Source: a virus (Duplodnaviria > Caudoviricetes). Taken from it: a DNA stretch of 43,916 bases. Below the pieces are notes generated by a model. That model was given only the letters and a program-made list of their open reading frames with translations, searched no databases and was not told the DNA's origin. The first letter of the stretch is position 1. The number at the start of each line of letters is the position of its first letter. This document shows positions 1 through 8,691 of this stretch, one piece after another. Both the position numbers and the translations under genes were made by a program. The stretch spans positions 1 through 43,916 of the IMG/VR virus record IMGVR_UViG_3300017747_001763, one strand, 5' to 3'.

Positions 1-123
1 ATCTGCGAGCGGACGGCGTCGGCGCGCCGGCCGTTCAGCACGCCCATGAAGCTGTTCTCGTAGCCCTGGAGGTTGTTGTCTTTGATGTAGGCGACGGGGT
101 CGAACTGCCCATCGTCTTCGTTG
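1..123. repeat. Terminal direct repeat (assembly overlap), copy 1
   Basis: 1-123 is identical to 43794-43916 and lies inside a continuous ORF, indicating a circular or circularly permuted contig of 43,793 bp. Confidence 0.97.
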
Positions 124-344
124 TCAACACCCGTGTCCTTGCGCGACAGCATGGAGCCAATGGTGTTGTCCTGCCGGAACGCCGCCGCGACCGTCGAGCG
201 CTCGGCGATCTCCTTCGCCTTCACGATGGTCTCGGGCGTGTCGTAGCCCGCCAGCGGCAGGGTGGTCGGCTTCTTGGCGTAGTCCGTGAACAGCCCGGCC
301 GGGCCGGCTTCGGCGTCCAGTTCGTCGAAGGTCTTGAAGGTCAC
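1..344 (-). CDS. 5' part of the large internal virion (ejection) protein; continues across the junction into 39794-43916
   Basis: GTG at 344-342 overlaps the TGA of the upstream gene (GTGA). The frame is open (MTFKTFDELDAEAG...) and in frame with the ATG at 47 (=43840), giving a protein of about 1447 aa. Confidence 0.85.
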   Translation of the reverse strand, partial: MTFKTFDELDAEAGPAGLFTDYAKKPTTLPLAGYDTPETIVKAKEIAERSTVAAAFRQDNTIGSMLSRKDTGVDNEDDGQFDPVAYIKDNNLQGYENSFMGVLNGRRADAVRSQ

Positions 345-3058
345 TTGCCGTTCCTCTGCGCCTGCGCCCGAGCATTAAGCTCGTCGAACTCGTTGAGTAT
401 GACAGGCTTTCTTGACGCGCGCTCCTGTTCTCGCGCATCGCGGAGCCGCTGTTCCGTCTTCGCCTTGGCCGCACGTTCCTGCTGCACGGGGGTCTCAATC
501 GCGCCGCGCTGGTAGGCCGGCACCTCGAACGGAATGCCGAACTGATCATAGCCGGTGAAGGACTGCGCATTCTGCTCGGTGATCGCCTTGTTCTTCTCGC
601 CGATATAGGTATCCACGTCGGGGAAGAACGCCCCGTTCAGGACATGCACATCCTGCTCGGGCGTCTTGGGCACGACCATGATCTGGTAGGGCACGGACTG
701 GTAGCTCGTCTCCTGGCCCGGCTTGCTGTCGCGGCGCTTCACGTCCATCGGCCGACCGTCGAAGCCAGCGCGCGTGCTGACGCCGTCCCGCTCGACCGGG
801 AGCAGCACGATCTGGCTCGGATCGACCACGATGCCGAGGTTGTCCTTGACCGTCTTCGCCGCCTGCTCGTTGATCCAGCCGTAGCCGTCGCCGCCGACGC
901 CCGCGATCTTGGGGAGCCCGGCCTTGCTCGGCGGGTAGCGCGTGATGACGCCGTTCTGCGTGCCGAACTGCTTCTGAAACTGCATGTCCGCGTAGGCCAG
1001 TGCAGCGTCGGGGTCGCGGTGCTTCTCGAAGCCCTCTGTCGCGAAGGTCGCGTAGATCGACGAGATCGCCGTGCGCTGCTGGCCGTTCGGAAGCTGCGCG
1101 CTGCCGCTGAAGGGCACCCAAGACGAGAACGCCGACACGAGCCGCTTGTCGATCTGCTCCTGCGTCAGGCTCTGCTTCTTGAACTGCTGAAGCTGCTCCT
1201 GCTTCACCGGGTTCAGCTTCTCGGGATCGCGGGCGTCCTTCATGATCCGCTCGGCCGCCTGCTCCGAGGACAGCCCGAGCCCTTCGGTCAGCCGGCGGTA
1301 TTCGCCAGCGGACTTCTCCAGGTCGGGGCCGCCCTCGACGCCGGCAAAGGCGTTCGGGTTCTGGCGCGCCATGTTGGCCGCCGTCAGCAGCCCGGCCGCG
1401 ACCTTGGCCTTGTCCTCGGAGATCAGCGCGCCGCGCACCGCCGTAGCGAACGCCTGGGGCACGATGCCGGTCTTGTCGAACGCCTGCGCCGCGAGCGCGG
1501 CCGGGTCGCCGCCAGCCTTCACGGCCCGATCATAGTAGGCGCTGATGCCGTCACGGTGGTCCTTGTTGTAGGGGTTCGACACGCCGCGCCCGCCCTGCAT
1601 CAGGCCGATGCCGGTGTTGAAGCTCTCCTCGTCCTTGAACCGCTGCTTGATGATGTTCTCGGCCTTCGAGATTTGGTCGAAGTCCGTCAGCACGCCGTTG
1701 CGCCGTGCGTCCTGGTAGGCGGCCTGCGGGGCGGTGCCCTCCTTCAGGTCGATGTAGAGCGCGTTGCGCTTGGCCTCCAGCGCCTCCTGCGCCGCCTGCG
1801 TCGCGGCGGCGGCCTGCTGGATCAGCGAGCGCTGCGCCGTCTCGGTGACGGCGGCGTTCTGCTGCGGCGTCAGGTTGCTCGCCGCCGCGCTCGGGGCGGC
1901 CGTCGTGCCGCTCCCGTTGAACTTGCGCGTCAGCATCCCGTAGACTTCGGACACCGTGCGGGGCTCGTTGCGCGCGAAGAAGATGCTTCGGTTTGCCGCC
2001 GCCTCCTTCGGGAACAGCGTGGCGGCCGATGCGCCAGCGTCAGACTGCATGGCGCGCAAGAAGTTCGTGCCGCCCGTCTGCCCCATGAAGTGAAGCATGT
2101 AGAGGTTAGCGTCCGTAACCGGCAGCTTCTCGGCCGTCAGCTTCGCCGTGGACGCGGCGATATACTGGTCCAGCACCTTCTCCTGAAGGTCTGGATTGTT
2201 GCGAGGGTCGCTCGCCGTTCCGTTGTTCTCGGCCGTTACCGGCGGTGCGCCCGCCTTGCCGGCAAAGGCGTTCCAGGTGTCGGTGAGGAACTGATAGCGA
2301 CCACGCGCGCTGCTGGAGGTGTTCTTCGCCGTGTCGTCGCCGCCGCTTTCCTTGCCACGAAGCGCGGCGCGGAAGCCCCCGCCGACCTGTCCAGCGATGA
2401 CGCCAGCCGGGTCTTTCTGCGCCCGCGAACTCTCGGCCACATAGGCGAGCGAGTTCTTCGCCTCGGCCTTCAGGCGCTCCTTCTCGGCCGGCGGCAGCGT
2501 GGACTTGTCGATCAGCCCGATCTGCTGCTCGGCGAACTGCTCGTAGGTCAGCGGGTTGTTCTGGACCTGGATGCCGGCCTTCCTCTGCTCCTCGGTCAGC
2601 ACCTGCTTCGTGTTCGTGTCCTGCTGCTGATACTGGTCCTTGAACGCCGACGCGGTGCGGGCCGCCGTGAACCGGGCGGCCTTGGCCTGATACTCGGCCC
2701 GCGCGTGTTCCGGCAGGTTCTTCGTCCACTCGTCGAAGCGCGTCGCGGTCGTGGTGCGCGCGGTCTGCCACCAGCCCTCGCCCGCGCCCGCCAGGCCCGT
2801 CCGCTGGCGCTGCTCATAGTCGGTGTTGTCGGCCTCCTGGAGCTTGACGAACTGCTCCTCGTAGCCGAACTCCTGGACCTTCTTGGCGTTGGCCTGGATT
2901 TTGGCGGCCAGACCCCCGAGCGCATCACCGAGCCCCCCGAGCGCGGCGGCCTCCTGCCCTCCGAACGACGCCGACGTGGCCTTCTCGACCTGGAACTGAC
3001 CGGACGGCAACTCGTTCCGGTTGCCCATGGACATGATGTCAACAGGGAGACGAACCAT
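341..3058 (-). CDS. Internal virion/ejection protein with a central lytic transglycosylase/lysozyme-like domain
   Basis: 905 aa, helical and Ala/Gln-rich. Motifs ESGG...SSARGRYQF..TW and LYMLHFMG are typical of phage virion muralytic domains; located in the ejection-protein cluster. Confidence 0.8.
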   Translation of the reverse strand: MVRLPVDIMSMGNRNELPSGQFQVEKATSASFGGQEAAALGGLGDALGGLAAKIQANAKKVQEFGYEEQFVKLQEADNTDYEQRQRTGLAGAGEGWWQTARTTTATRFDEWTKNLPEHARAEYQAKAARFTAARTASAFKDQYQQQDTNTKQVLTEEQRKAGIQVQNNPLTYEQFAEQQIGLIDKSTLPPAEKERLKAEAKNSLAYVAESSRAQKDPAGVIAGQVGGGFRAALRGKESGGDDTAKNTSSSARGRYQFLTDTWNAFAGKAGAPPVTAENNGTASDPRNNPDLQEKVLDQYIAASTAKLTAEKLPVTDANLYMLHFMGQTGGTNFLRAMQSDAGASAATLFPKEAAANRSIFFARNEPRTVSEVYGMLTRKFNGSGTTAAPSAAASNLTPQQNAAVTETAQRSLIQQAAAATQAAQEALEAKRNALYIDLKEGTAPQAAYQDARRNGVLTDFDQISKAENIIKQRFKDEESFNTGIGLMQGGRGVSNPYNKDHRDGISAYYDRAVKAGGDPAALAAQAFDKTGIVPQAFATAVRGALISEDKAKVAAGLLTAANMARQNPNAFAGVEGGPDLEKSAGEYRRLTEGLGLSSEQAAERIMKDARDPEKLNPVKQEQLQQFKKQSLTQEQIDKRLVSAFSSWVPFSGSAQLPNGQQRTAISSIYATFATEGFEKHRDPDAALAYADMQFQKQFGTQNGVITRYPPSKAGLPKIAGVGGDGYGWINEQAAKTVKDNLGIVVDPSQIVLLPVERDGVSTRAGFDGRPMDVKRRDSKPGQETSYQSVPYQIMVVPKTPEQDVHVLNGAFFPDVDTYIGEKNKAITEQNAQSFTGYDQFGIPFEVPAYQRGAIETPVQQERAAKAKTEQRLRDAREQERASRKPVILNEFDELNARAQAQRNGK

Positions 3059-3061
3059 GGA

Positions 3062-3625
3062 TCACACCGTGTAGAGTTTGGAGAAGCCGGTGAGCAGCGA
3101 GGAGCCCGCGCCGAGATACCCGGCGGTGACGGCGCTCTTGCCCTTCGATCGCTCTAGTTCCGCGCTGTTGCGCAGCCCCTGCGCGCGGGTCGAGCTATCC
3201 CACAGGGCGGTCATGCTGTCGAGCACGCCCTGCTGGTTCACCGTGTCGAGCACGTCGCTGACGCTGCCGGTCAGTTCCAGGCCGCTCTCCATCGACGCAG
3301 CCCGCGCGCCGGCCAGGCGCTGCTTCGTGCGACCCGCGATCTCCGTGGCTTTCGCCGCGCCCTTCTGCTGCTCCAGCGTGGCCTGCTGCTCCTGGACGGC
3401 GGCGTTGTAGTTGGCCGCCTTCTTCTGCGCCTGCGCTTGGGCGAGCGTCCCGGCGACACCGAGGGCCGCCGAGCCGATGGTCAGGGCCGTGCCAAGCGAG
3501 AAGCCGGTGCCGATGGCAGCGCCGCCCGCCGCAGCAGCCGCACCGCCTACCGCAGCCGCGCCGCCGAACAGACTGCCGGCCGCCCCCGCGATGGCCGCGC
3601 CGATTGGAATAAGGAATGCCATCAC
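3062..3625 (-). CDS. Small internal virion (ejection) protein, T7 gp14-like position
   Basis: Gly/Ala-rich hydrophobic N-terminus followed by a Gln/Ala coiled segment; synteny after the nozzle and GNAT-like gene. Confidence 0.75.
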   Translation of the reverse strand: MMAFLIPIGAAIAGAAGSLFGGAAAVGGAAAAAGGAAIGTGFSLGTALTIGSAALGVAGTLAQAQAQKKAANYNAAVQEQQATLEQQKGAAKATEIAGRTKQRLAGARAASMESGLELTGSVSDVLDTVNQQGVLDSMTALWDSSTRAQGLRNSAELERSKGKSAVTAGYLGAGSSLLTGFSKLYTV

Positions 3626-4050
3626 GTCACCTTTGCGTAGGCCACATAGTCCCGCCCGTTGTAGAACTTGCGCGCGAGCCCTTCGGACTTGAACCCGAGC
3701 AACTTAAGCCACTGGTGCGCGTTGACGTGGTTCCGTTCAGCATAGGCTTCCATGCGCGGGAACTCAACGGTCATATCGGCGATCTGCCGCTTGATCTCTT
3801 TCGTCATCTGGCGAAGCGCCGGGCCGCAGTTCGCTCCGAGGTAGCCCCACAAAATCGTGCGACCTGCCCAGATTGGCGTGTGACCGCCGATGGCGACCAC
3901 ACGTCCGTCTAGTCGGACAGCCCAGGCTGGCCCAGTTCTGATCAGGGCGAACAGGTTGTCCGGTGACAGGGGAGCCTGCGCCGCCTGCCCCTGGTGCGGC
4001 TCCAGTTGAAGCGCCATCGACGGTCGAACGTCACGGGTGAACTCAATCAT
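3622..4050 (-). CDS. GNAT-fold virion assembly protein (T7 gp13-like)
   Basis: Likely start ATG 4050 (MIEFTRDV), overlapping the nozzle stop. C-terminal N..AHQWLKLLGFKSEG is a GNAT-like motif; synteny agrees. Confidence 0.7.
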   Translation of the reverse strand: MIEFTRDVRPSMALQLEPHQGQAAQAPLSPDNLFALIRTGPAWAVRLDGRVVAIGGHTPIWAGRTILWGYLGANCGPALRQMTKEIKRQIADMTVEFPRMEAYAERNHVNAHQWLKLLGFKSEGLARKFYNGRDYVAYAKVT

Positions 4051-6301
4051 TGATCTGGACCCGCAGGATGATCGCGACGAGGGTTGCCGGCAGCGGCATC
4101 GCCTGCTCGTAGCAGACATAGCCGTCCGTATCGAAGCCGTTCGGGAAGGTGATCGAGTAGTCCCCGTTCGTCACGATGGGCGGCGACCCGATGGGCTTGG
4201 CGGGGTCTAGCGTCTTGATCGCATCCATGCGGTCGAAGCTCGGGCCGCAGCGACCGCCGACCGTGGACTGGAGCCGAAGGTGCACCTCCGCAATGGCCTT
4301 GCGCGCGGTCTGCGACGTGCCGCCGCCGCCCTGCACTTCGAGCCGCATAGACTGCATGCGCGAGATGAACTGGTAGCCGACGTGCACCAGCGAGCCAGGG
4401 CGGTCCAGCGTAACCTGCCCGTCTACCACGGTCTTCGGCGGGTGGTTCGACCCGTCAACACAGATGTGGACCGCCTGGCCCTCCATGTGCCCGAGCCCGG
4501 TCATGACCGTCGCGGGCGCGCCACGATAGGTCACGCTGCCGTCCACATGAACCGCCTCGGGCACGCCCTTCTTCACGAGCCGGTAGTCGGTCATATACTC
4601 GACCGAGCGCACCTGCTCGCCGTCAACCGTGCGCGAGACGATGAACCAGGTGTCGTCCGTGCGGCCATCAGGGGACGCGATGCTCTGCACCGCCTCGACC
4701 ACGACATCCGCGCCGCCGATGTAGTGCGGCGTCCAGCCGATGACCCCGCGCTCGCGGTTGAACACCATGCTCGCCAGCGTGCCATCCGACAGGACGCACC
4801 AGACCAGGTTGTCGCGCTGCTGCTGGTAGGTCCAGTCTACGATGTCGCGCTGCTCCTGCTCGGCGTCGCCGATCACCTCCGAGCCGTCGAACAGGTGCTC
4901 CGATAGAACCGTCAAGTCCTCGGCCTTGTAGCGGTCAATCGAGAAGTCATACTTCATGTCGCGGACACGGTGGCCGGCGCGCTCGACGAACAGCACGCTC
5001 TCGCCCACGCGCAGCGGCCGGATCAGCCTGGACCCATATTCCGTCTGCGGCGTGTTCTGGACGTTGGTGGCCGAGTAGACCGATTGCGAGGTCTGCTCGC
5101 CCAGGGACAGTTCGGCGCGGGCCGACCCGATCAGCAGCGTCTTCGACTGCGTGATCCACCGAATGCCGTCGAGCTTGTCGGACGCCAGGGTCAAGGACAT
5201 GGCGGTCTCGGCCGTCACCACCCCGGCGTCGCGGCGGTTGAAGCTGGTGAAGTCGCCCGTGACGGAGTGGAAGACCTGACGGCCGCGCGAGTAGGTCAGG
5301 CGCTCCTTGAAGAACGACAACCCGGTGGGCCAGCCGTAGACCGTCGAGAACTCGCTGAAGGCCCAGCGGCGCGTGTTGGCGCTGACAACCTCGGCCGGCA
5401 GCGGGCGCTCGGTCGGAACGTCGATGACCGCCGTGGTGCCGCCCCCGCCGATGGACACGATCTTGCCCCAGCCGTAGCCGGAATGCAGGTAGCGCCAGTT
5501 GATAATGCCGTCGCTCGCGGTGCCTTCCGCGTGGGTCGGGACGTAGCGCTGGATCGAGTTCGCCGACCAGGTGTAGCTGGTCTGGCTCTCGTAGATGTTG
5601 CCGCCGTTCCGCGTCTGGCTCCCGACGTTGTAGGAGCCCGAGGGGTTCCACGGCGGCACGAGGCCGGGGTTCATGCTGTTCAGGATCAGCAGCGATCCGA
5701 CATGCCCCGGCAGGAACACGGCCGACGAGGCGGTGACGGTCACGGACCCGTTCGTGGCGCTGGCCTGCATGGTCAGCGCGTTGTCGGTGTTCACGTCACG
5801 GAACGGGCCGTCCTTGAACTCCTCGGGCAGAAGCGTCCAGTTCGTGGCCCCGAGCCGCGAGAGCTTGTAGGGCGGATACTTGCCCTCGGCGTGGACGAGC
5901 CACATCACGTCGCCAGACTGAAGCGTGCGCAGCGCGAAGGTGCCTTCGTTCGTGATCAGGTCGGCCTCGATATAGGGCGACACCACCTCGTAGGGCGTCG
6001 GGCCGCTCAGAAGCTGGCCCCGGTTCGTCCAGAACCGCACATAGAGGTGGCCGAACTCCAGCACATAGGACTGGCCGATGGAGAAGACGAAGTCGGCCAG
6101 CCAGGTCCGGCGGGCGCTGTCCTTGACCATGCCGACGTGGCGCGTGCCGCCGCGCCGCCGCGCCGGCCCTTGGACGGTCGGGATGAAGTTCAGGAGCGTC
6201 TTGCAGCCGGTGAAGTATTTGTCCTGGTCCACGCGGCCGTCGAGCAACGGCGACAGTTCGCCACCGTTGAACGAAGTCGTAATCGGGCGAGCGCGCGGCA
6301 T
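4043..6301 (-). CDS. Tail nozzle / tail tubular protein B
   Basis: 752 aa with N-terminal SFNGGELSP...GPARRRGGT and internal GWPTGLSFFKERL, typical of podovirus tubular B. Confidence 0.9.
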   Translation of the reverse strand: MPRARPITTSFNGGELSPLLDGRVDQDKYFTGCKTLLNFIPTVQGPARRRGGTRHVGMVKDSARRTWLADFVFSIGQSYVLEFGHLYVRFWTNRGQLLSGPTPYEVVSPYIEADLITNEGTFALRTLQSGDVMWLVHAEGKYPPYKLSRLGATNWTLLPEEFKDGPFRDVNTDNALTMQASATNGSVTVTASSAVFLPGHVGSLLILNSMNPGLVPPWNPSGSYNVGSQTRNGGNIYESQTSYTWSANSIQRYVPTHAEGTASDGIINWRYLHSGYGWGKIVSIGGGGTTAVIDVPTERPLPAEVVSANTRRWAFSEFSTVYGWPTGLSFFKERLTYSRGRQVFHSVTGDFTSFNRRDAGVVTAETAMSLTLASDKLDGIRWITQSKTLLIGSARAELSLGEQTSQSVYSATNVQNTPQTEYGSRLIRPLRVGESVLFVERAGHRVRDMKYDFSIDRYKAEDLTVLSEHLFDGSEVIGDAEQEQRDIVDWTYQQQRDNLVWCVLSDGTLASMVFNRERGVIGWTPHYIGGADVVVEAVQSIASPDGRTDDTWFIVSRTVDGEQVRSVEYMTDYRLVKKGVPEAVHVDGSVTYRGAPATVMTGLGHMEGQAVHICVDGSNHPPKTVVDGQVTLDRPGSLVHVGYQFISRMQSMRLEVQGGGGTSQTARKAIAEVHLRLQSTVGGRCGPSFDRMDAIKTLDPAKPIGSPPIVTNGDYSITFPNGFDTDGYVCYEQAMPLPATLVAIILRVQIND

Positions 6302-6909
6302 TAGTAGACCCTCGCCGTGATCCAGGAGCCGTCAGGGATTTGCGCGGTGGGCATCTGGATCGCGTTAGACCTTTTCGCCCGCGTCAGTTCACTTCCGTAA
6401 ATCTTGGACGCCAGGCTGACCATGCCCTCTGACTTGGTCAGCGGCATCGCGAGCCGGATTGCGAGCGCGGCCGAGACGCAGTTCGCAAACAGCGGGGTCC
6501 ACAGGGTCGGGTCCGTCACCACGTCGCGCAGGTAGGTGATCCGCAGCGGCGCGGCGAGATCGGTCAGGATCGCGCGGCCGTGCATCTCGTAGGGCGGGAT
6601 CGGGTTAACGTCGATCCCACGGATCACGCTGAACACCCACTTGTCGTCAAGCTCGACGAGCCGGATGAAGTCAGGCGGCAGGTTGTAGGCGCGCTGGAAC
6701 CGGAACAGCGGCGGCTCGCCATTCTGCGGCAGGATCGCCTGCTTCTTGGCGAAGAACCAGGCATGCGCTTCAAGCTCGGAGCGGACGACCTGCTCGTAGA
6801 CACCCTTCGCCTGGCGGGCGCTCTCGGTGTCCTCGTCGGGGTCGGCGATCAGGTTCGCCGAGATGTGACGGAGCCCGTCGTTCGTGACCTGCGTGCGCGA
6901 GAGTGGCAT
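6301..6909 (-). CDS. Tail adaptor / tail tubular protein A
   Basis: 202 aa; H-x-W-x-FA, Y-x-LP-x-D and LA..LA.PLT motifs; directly upstream of the nozzle. Confidence 0.85.
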   Translation of the reverse strand: MPLSRTQVTNDGLRHISANLIADPDEDTESARQAKGVYEQVVRSELEAHAWFFAKKQAILPQNGEPPLFRFQRAYNLPPDFIRLVELDDKWVFSVIRGIDVNPIPPYEMHGRAILTDLAAPLRITYLRDVVTDPTLWTPLFANCVSAALAIRLAMPLTKSEGMVSLASKIYGSELTRAKRSNAIQMPTAQIPDGSWITARVY

Positions 6910-6928
6910 GTCGAGCCTCTGGATGTGG

Positions 6929-6960
6929 AAAGGGCCGGGGCGCTAACCCCGGCCCCGGCC
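6929..6960 (-). terminator. Putative intrinsic terminator after the cement gene
   Basis: GGCCGGGG/CCCCGGCC stem followed by CTTT on the minus strand (short U tract). Confidence 0.5.
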
Positions 6961-6994
6961 GCGTCGTCGGTATAGTCGTCTCAGCCAGTCGATC

Positions 6995-7459
6995 TTAGGG
7001 AGCGACGAACTCCAGGTCAATGACCAGGCGCGCGCCGGCCGTGGTCGGCAGGTTCGCGACCGCGATGGTGGCGATGATCTCCTCGTCCACCTGGGTCTCG
7101 ACCGCAGCCATCGCAGCGGCCGTTCCGAACAGCGTGGGGGTGTCCACCGCCGTGTGGACCGCCGCCGCGCGATACTTGGCGGGGGCCGCCGCAGTGCCGA
7201 TGGCGATGGTCGAGGTGCCCAGCGAGACCGACGAGGTGATCTTGCCGCCGAGGAAGCGGGTGCCCGCCGGGCGGACGCCGAGGGAGATCGTGTCGGCGAT
7301 GGCGATGACCGCGCCGTTGGACGAGGACGACAGCGCGGGAACGTCGAGCGCGACGGTGGCGCGGAAGCAGCGCTCCCGGCCGCCGTAGGCCGCATCGCCG
7401 GCCGGGCGCGCGGGAACGTCGCCCGAGCTACGAGTTTCGGTGGAAAAGAACTTTGCCAT
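6995..7459 (-). CDS. Capsid cement/decoration protein (BPP-1 Bbp16-like position)
   Basis: 154 aa, beta-rich, GGAG RBS, immediately after the major capsid gene. Confidence 0.65.
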   Translation of the reverse strand: MAKFFSTETRSSGDVPARPAGDAAYGGRERCFRATVALDVPALSSSSNGAVIAIADTISLGVRPAGTRFLGGKITSSVSLGTSTIAIGTAAAPAKYRAAAVHTAVDTPTLFGTAAAMAAVETQVDEEIIATIAVANLPTTAGARLVIDLEFVAP

Positions 7460-7490
7460 TGTGGCTCTCCAAAATCAGGTTTTTCAGGGG

Positions 7491-7515
7491 AAGGTGGGGG
7501 CTTTCGCCCCCGCCA
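7491..7515 (-). terminator. GAAA-loop hairpin after the capsid gene (weak terminator or stability element)
   Basis: GGGGGC-GAAA-GCCCCC on the minus strand right after the capsid stop; poor U tract. Confidence 0.45.
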
Positions 7516-8457
7516 TCAGGCGCTGTTGACGGCGATCTGAACGATCTTCTTCTCCTGGGTTCGCGTCGCGCCGACGCTCTCCTCGGACCAGATTTGCCAG
7601 TTGTAGTTCTTGTCGGGCCGTTGATCGACGCGGTTATCCAGGGAGCCCCAGCGGCCGAAGTGCATGCCGCTCTGGACCCAGACCGGCAGGTAACGGGTCG
7701 TCGAGGCAAGGCCGCCCGGCGCGATGTAGGGCAGCGACAGCGGGTAGGTCGGCGACACGCCGTCCGTCTCCGTCGCCTGCCATTCGACGTGCACGAAGTT
7801 GAAGCCCATGAACGTCGTGACACGGCCGTCCACGAGGGTCGGCTTGTCGTTGTAGTCCATGTTCGTGACCTGAAGCTCGCCGAGCAGGTTGTCGTGCTCG
7901 GCGGCCGTGATCCCGATGTAGGCCTGCTCACGCGACAGGTCGAGACCCGACGCCATCAGCAGTCGCTTCGCGGTGCGGAGCTTGGGCACGTTCAGGCCCG
8001 AGTTCGCGCCGCCGACGTTCACGCCGACCTGCTGGCTGGCGGGGAAGGCGATGGTGGACAGGCCCTGCTCGCCGACAGCGGACGGGGCGAAGAACGCCTG
8101 CCCGATTTCGTCGTCCTCGCCGCGCCCGATGGAGTTGGCGATGGCGGTGGCGTAGGCCGACTTCAGGTCGATCAGGACGCGGACCACGTCGAGGTTGTCG
8201 ATCAGCGTCGAGGACGTGATCGAGTTCGGGTAGACCCAGCGCCGGTCGCCAGGCACCGAGAGGTGCGGCGTGTCGGTGTGCCGGGCACGGTTGCGGATGC
8301 GGCCGATGGTGCCGACCTGGTCAACCGGCGAGCCGGCCTTGCCAGTATAGGAACCGCTCTCGACGAACATCGGGAGCTTGCGTGCGCCCTGCTGAAGCAG
8401 GTGCTCGACGTTGCGCGAAAACTGCAACACATGGTGCTGCTGGACGGTGAAGGACAT
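7516..8457 (-). CDS. Major capsid protein (BPP-1/epsilon15-like HK97 fold)
   Basis: Start reassigned to ATG 8457 (MSFTVQQHHVLQFSRNVEHLLQQ; RBS GGGAG). Motifs DTP...RRW and C-terminal GATRTQEKKIVQI; follows the scaffold gene. Confidence 0.88.
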   Translation of the reverse strand: MSFTVQQHHVLQFSRNVEHLLQQGARKLPMFVESGSYTGKAGSPVDQVGTIGRIRNRARHTDTPHLSVPGDRRWVYPNSITSSTLIDNLDVVRVLIDLKSAYATAIANSIGRGEDDEIGQAFFAPSAVGEQGLSTIAFPASQQVGVNVGGANSGLNVPKLRTAKRLLMASGLDLSREQAYIGITAAEHDNLLGELQVTNMDYNDKPTLVDGRVTTFMGFNFVHVEWQATETDGVSPTYPLSLPYIAPGGLASTTRYLPVWVQSGMHFGRWGSLDNRVDQRPDKNYNWQIWSEESVGATRTQEKKIVQIAVNSA

Positions 8458-8591
8458 CGTGAACTCCCGCGAAGGGTTATGGTTTTCCAGGTGTCGCGGT
8501 TGTCCAGCGGAATGCCGGGCCGACAAATTGTCGGGGCTGTCGGGTCATGGGGCTTGTGCCTGTGGCGGCCCGTCAACCCCGACGCTTACGC

Positions 8592-8622
8592 ATGTGTAAC
8601 TCTGAGTTTGCAGTCCTGTCAA
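8592..8622 (-). promoter_or_regulatory. Putative sigma70-type promoter for the capsid operon
   Basis: TTGACA at 8622-8617 then 17-18 nt to TTACAC/TACACA, just downstream of a terminator. Confidence 0.55.
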
Positions 8623-8652
8623 CAAAGAAGCCCCGCCGGTTAGGGCGGGGCT
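8621..8652 (-). terminator. Intrinsic terminator after the scaffolding gene
   Basis: AGCCCCGCC/GGCGGGGCT 9-bp stem followed by TCTTTGTT on the minus strand. Confidence 0.75.
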
Positions 8653-8691
8653 GAGTTTAGGGAGGAAACGCCCAAGGAGGGCATACAGAAG

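Noticed and set aside
1-123. 123-bp terminal repeat as a biological T7-like DTR
   Set aside because: It falls mid-gene with no flanking signals, so an assembler overlap is the better explanation
2236-2442. Alternative-frame 68-aa ORF in a mildly atypical-codon patch of the transglycosylase-bearing gene
   Set aside because: Arg/Ala/Pro-rich product with no clear RBS; the patch coincides with the muralytic domain, so a domain swap explains it equally well
644-3157. Long plus-strand ORFs antisense to structural genes (also 4970-6304, 7453-8643, 11779-13704, 37825-39696, 39791-41125)
   Set aside because: Shadow ORFs of GC-rich genes with strong codon bias; Arg/Leu/Gly-rich nonsense, no RBS, and the opposite strand carries recognisable phage proteins
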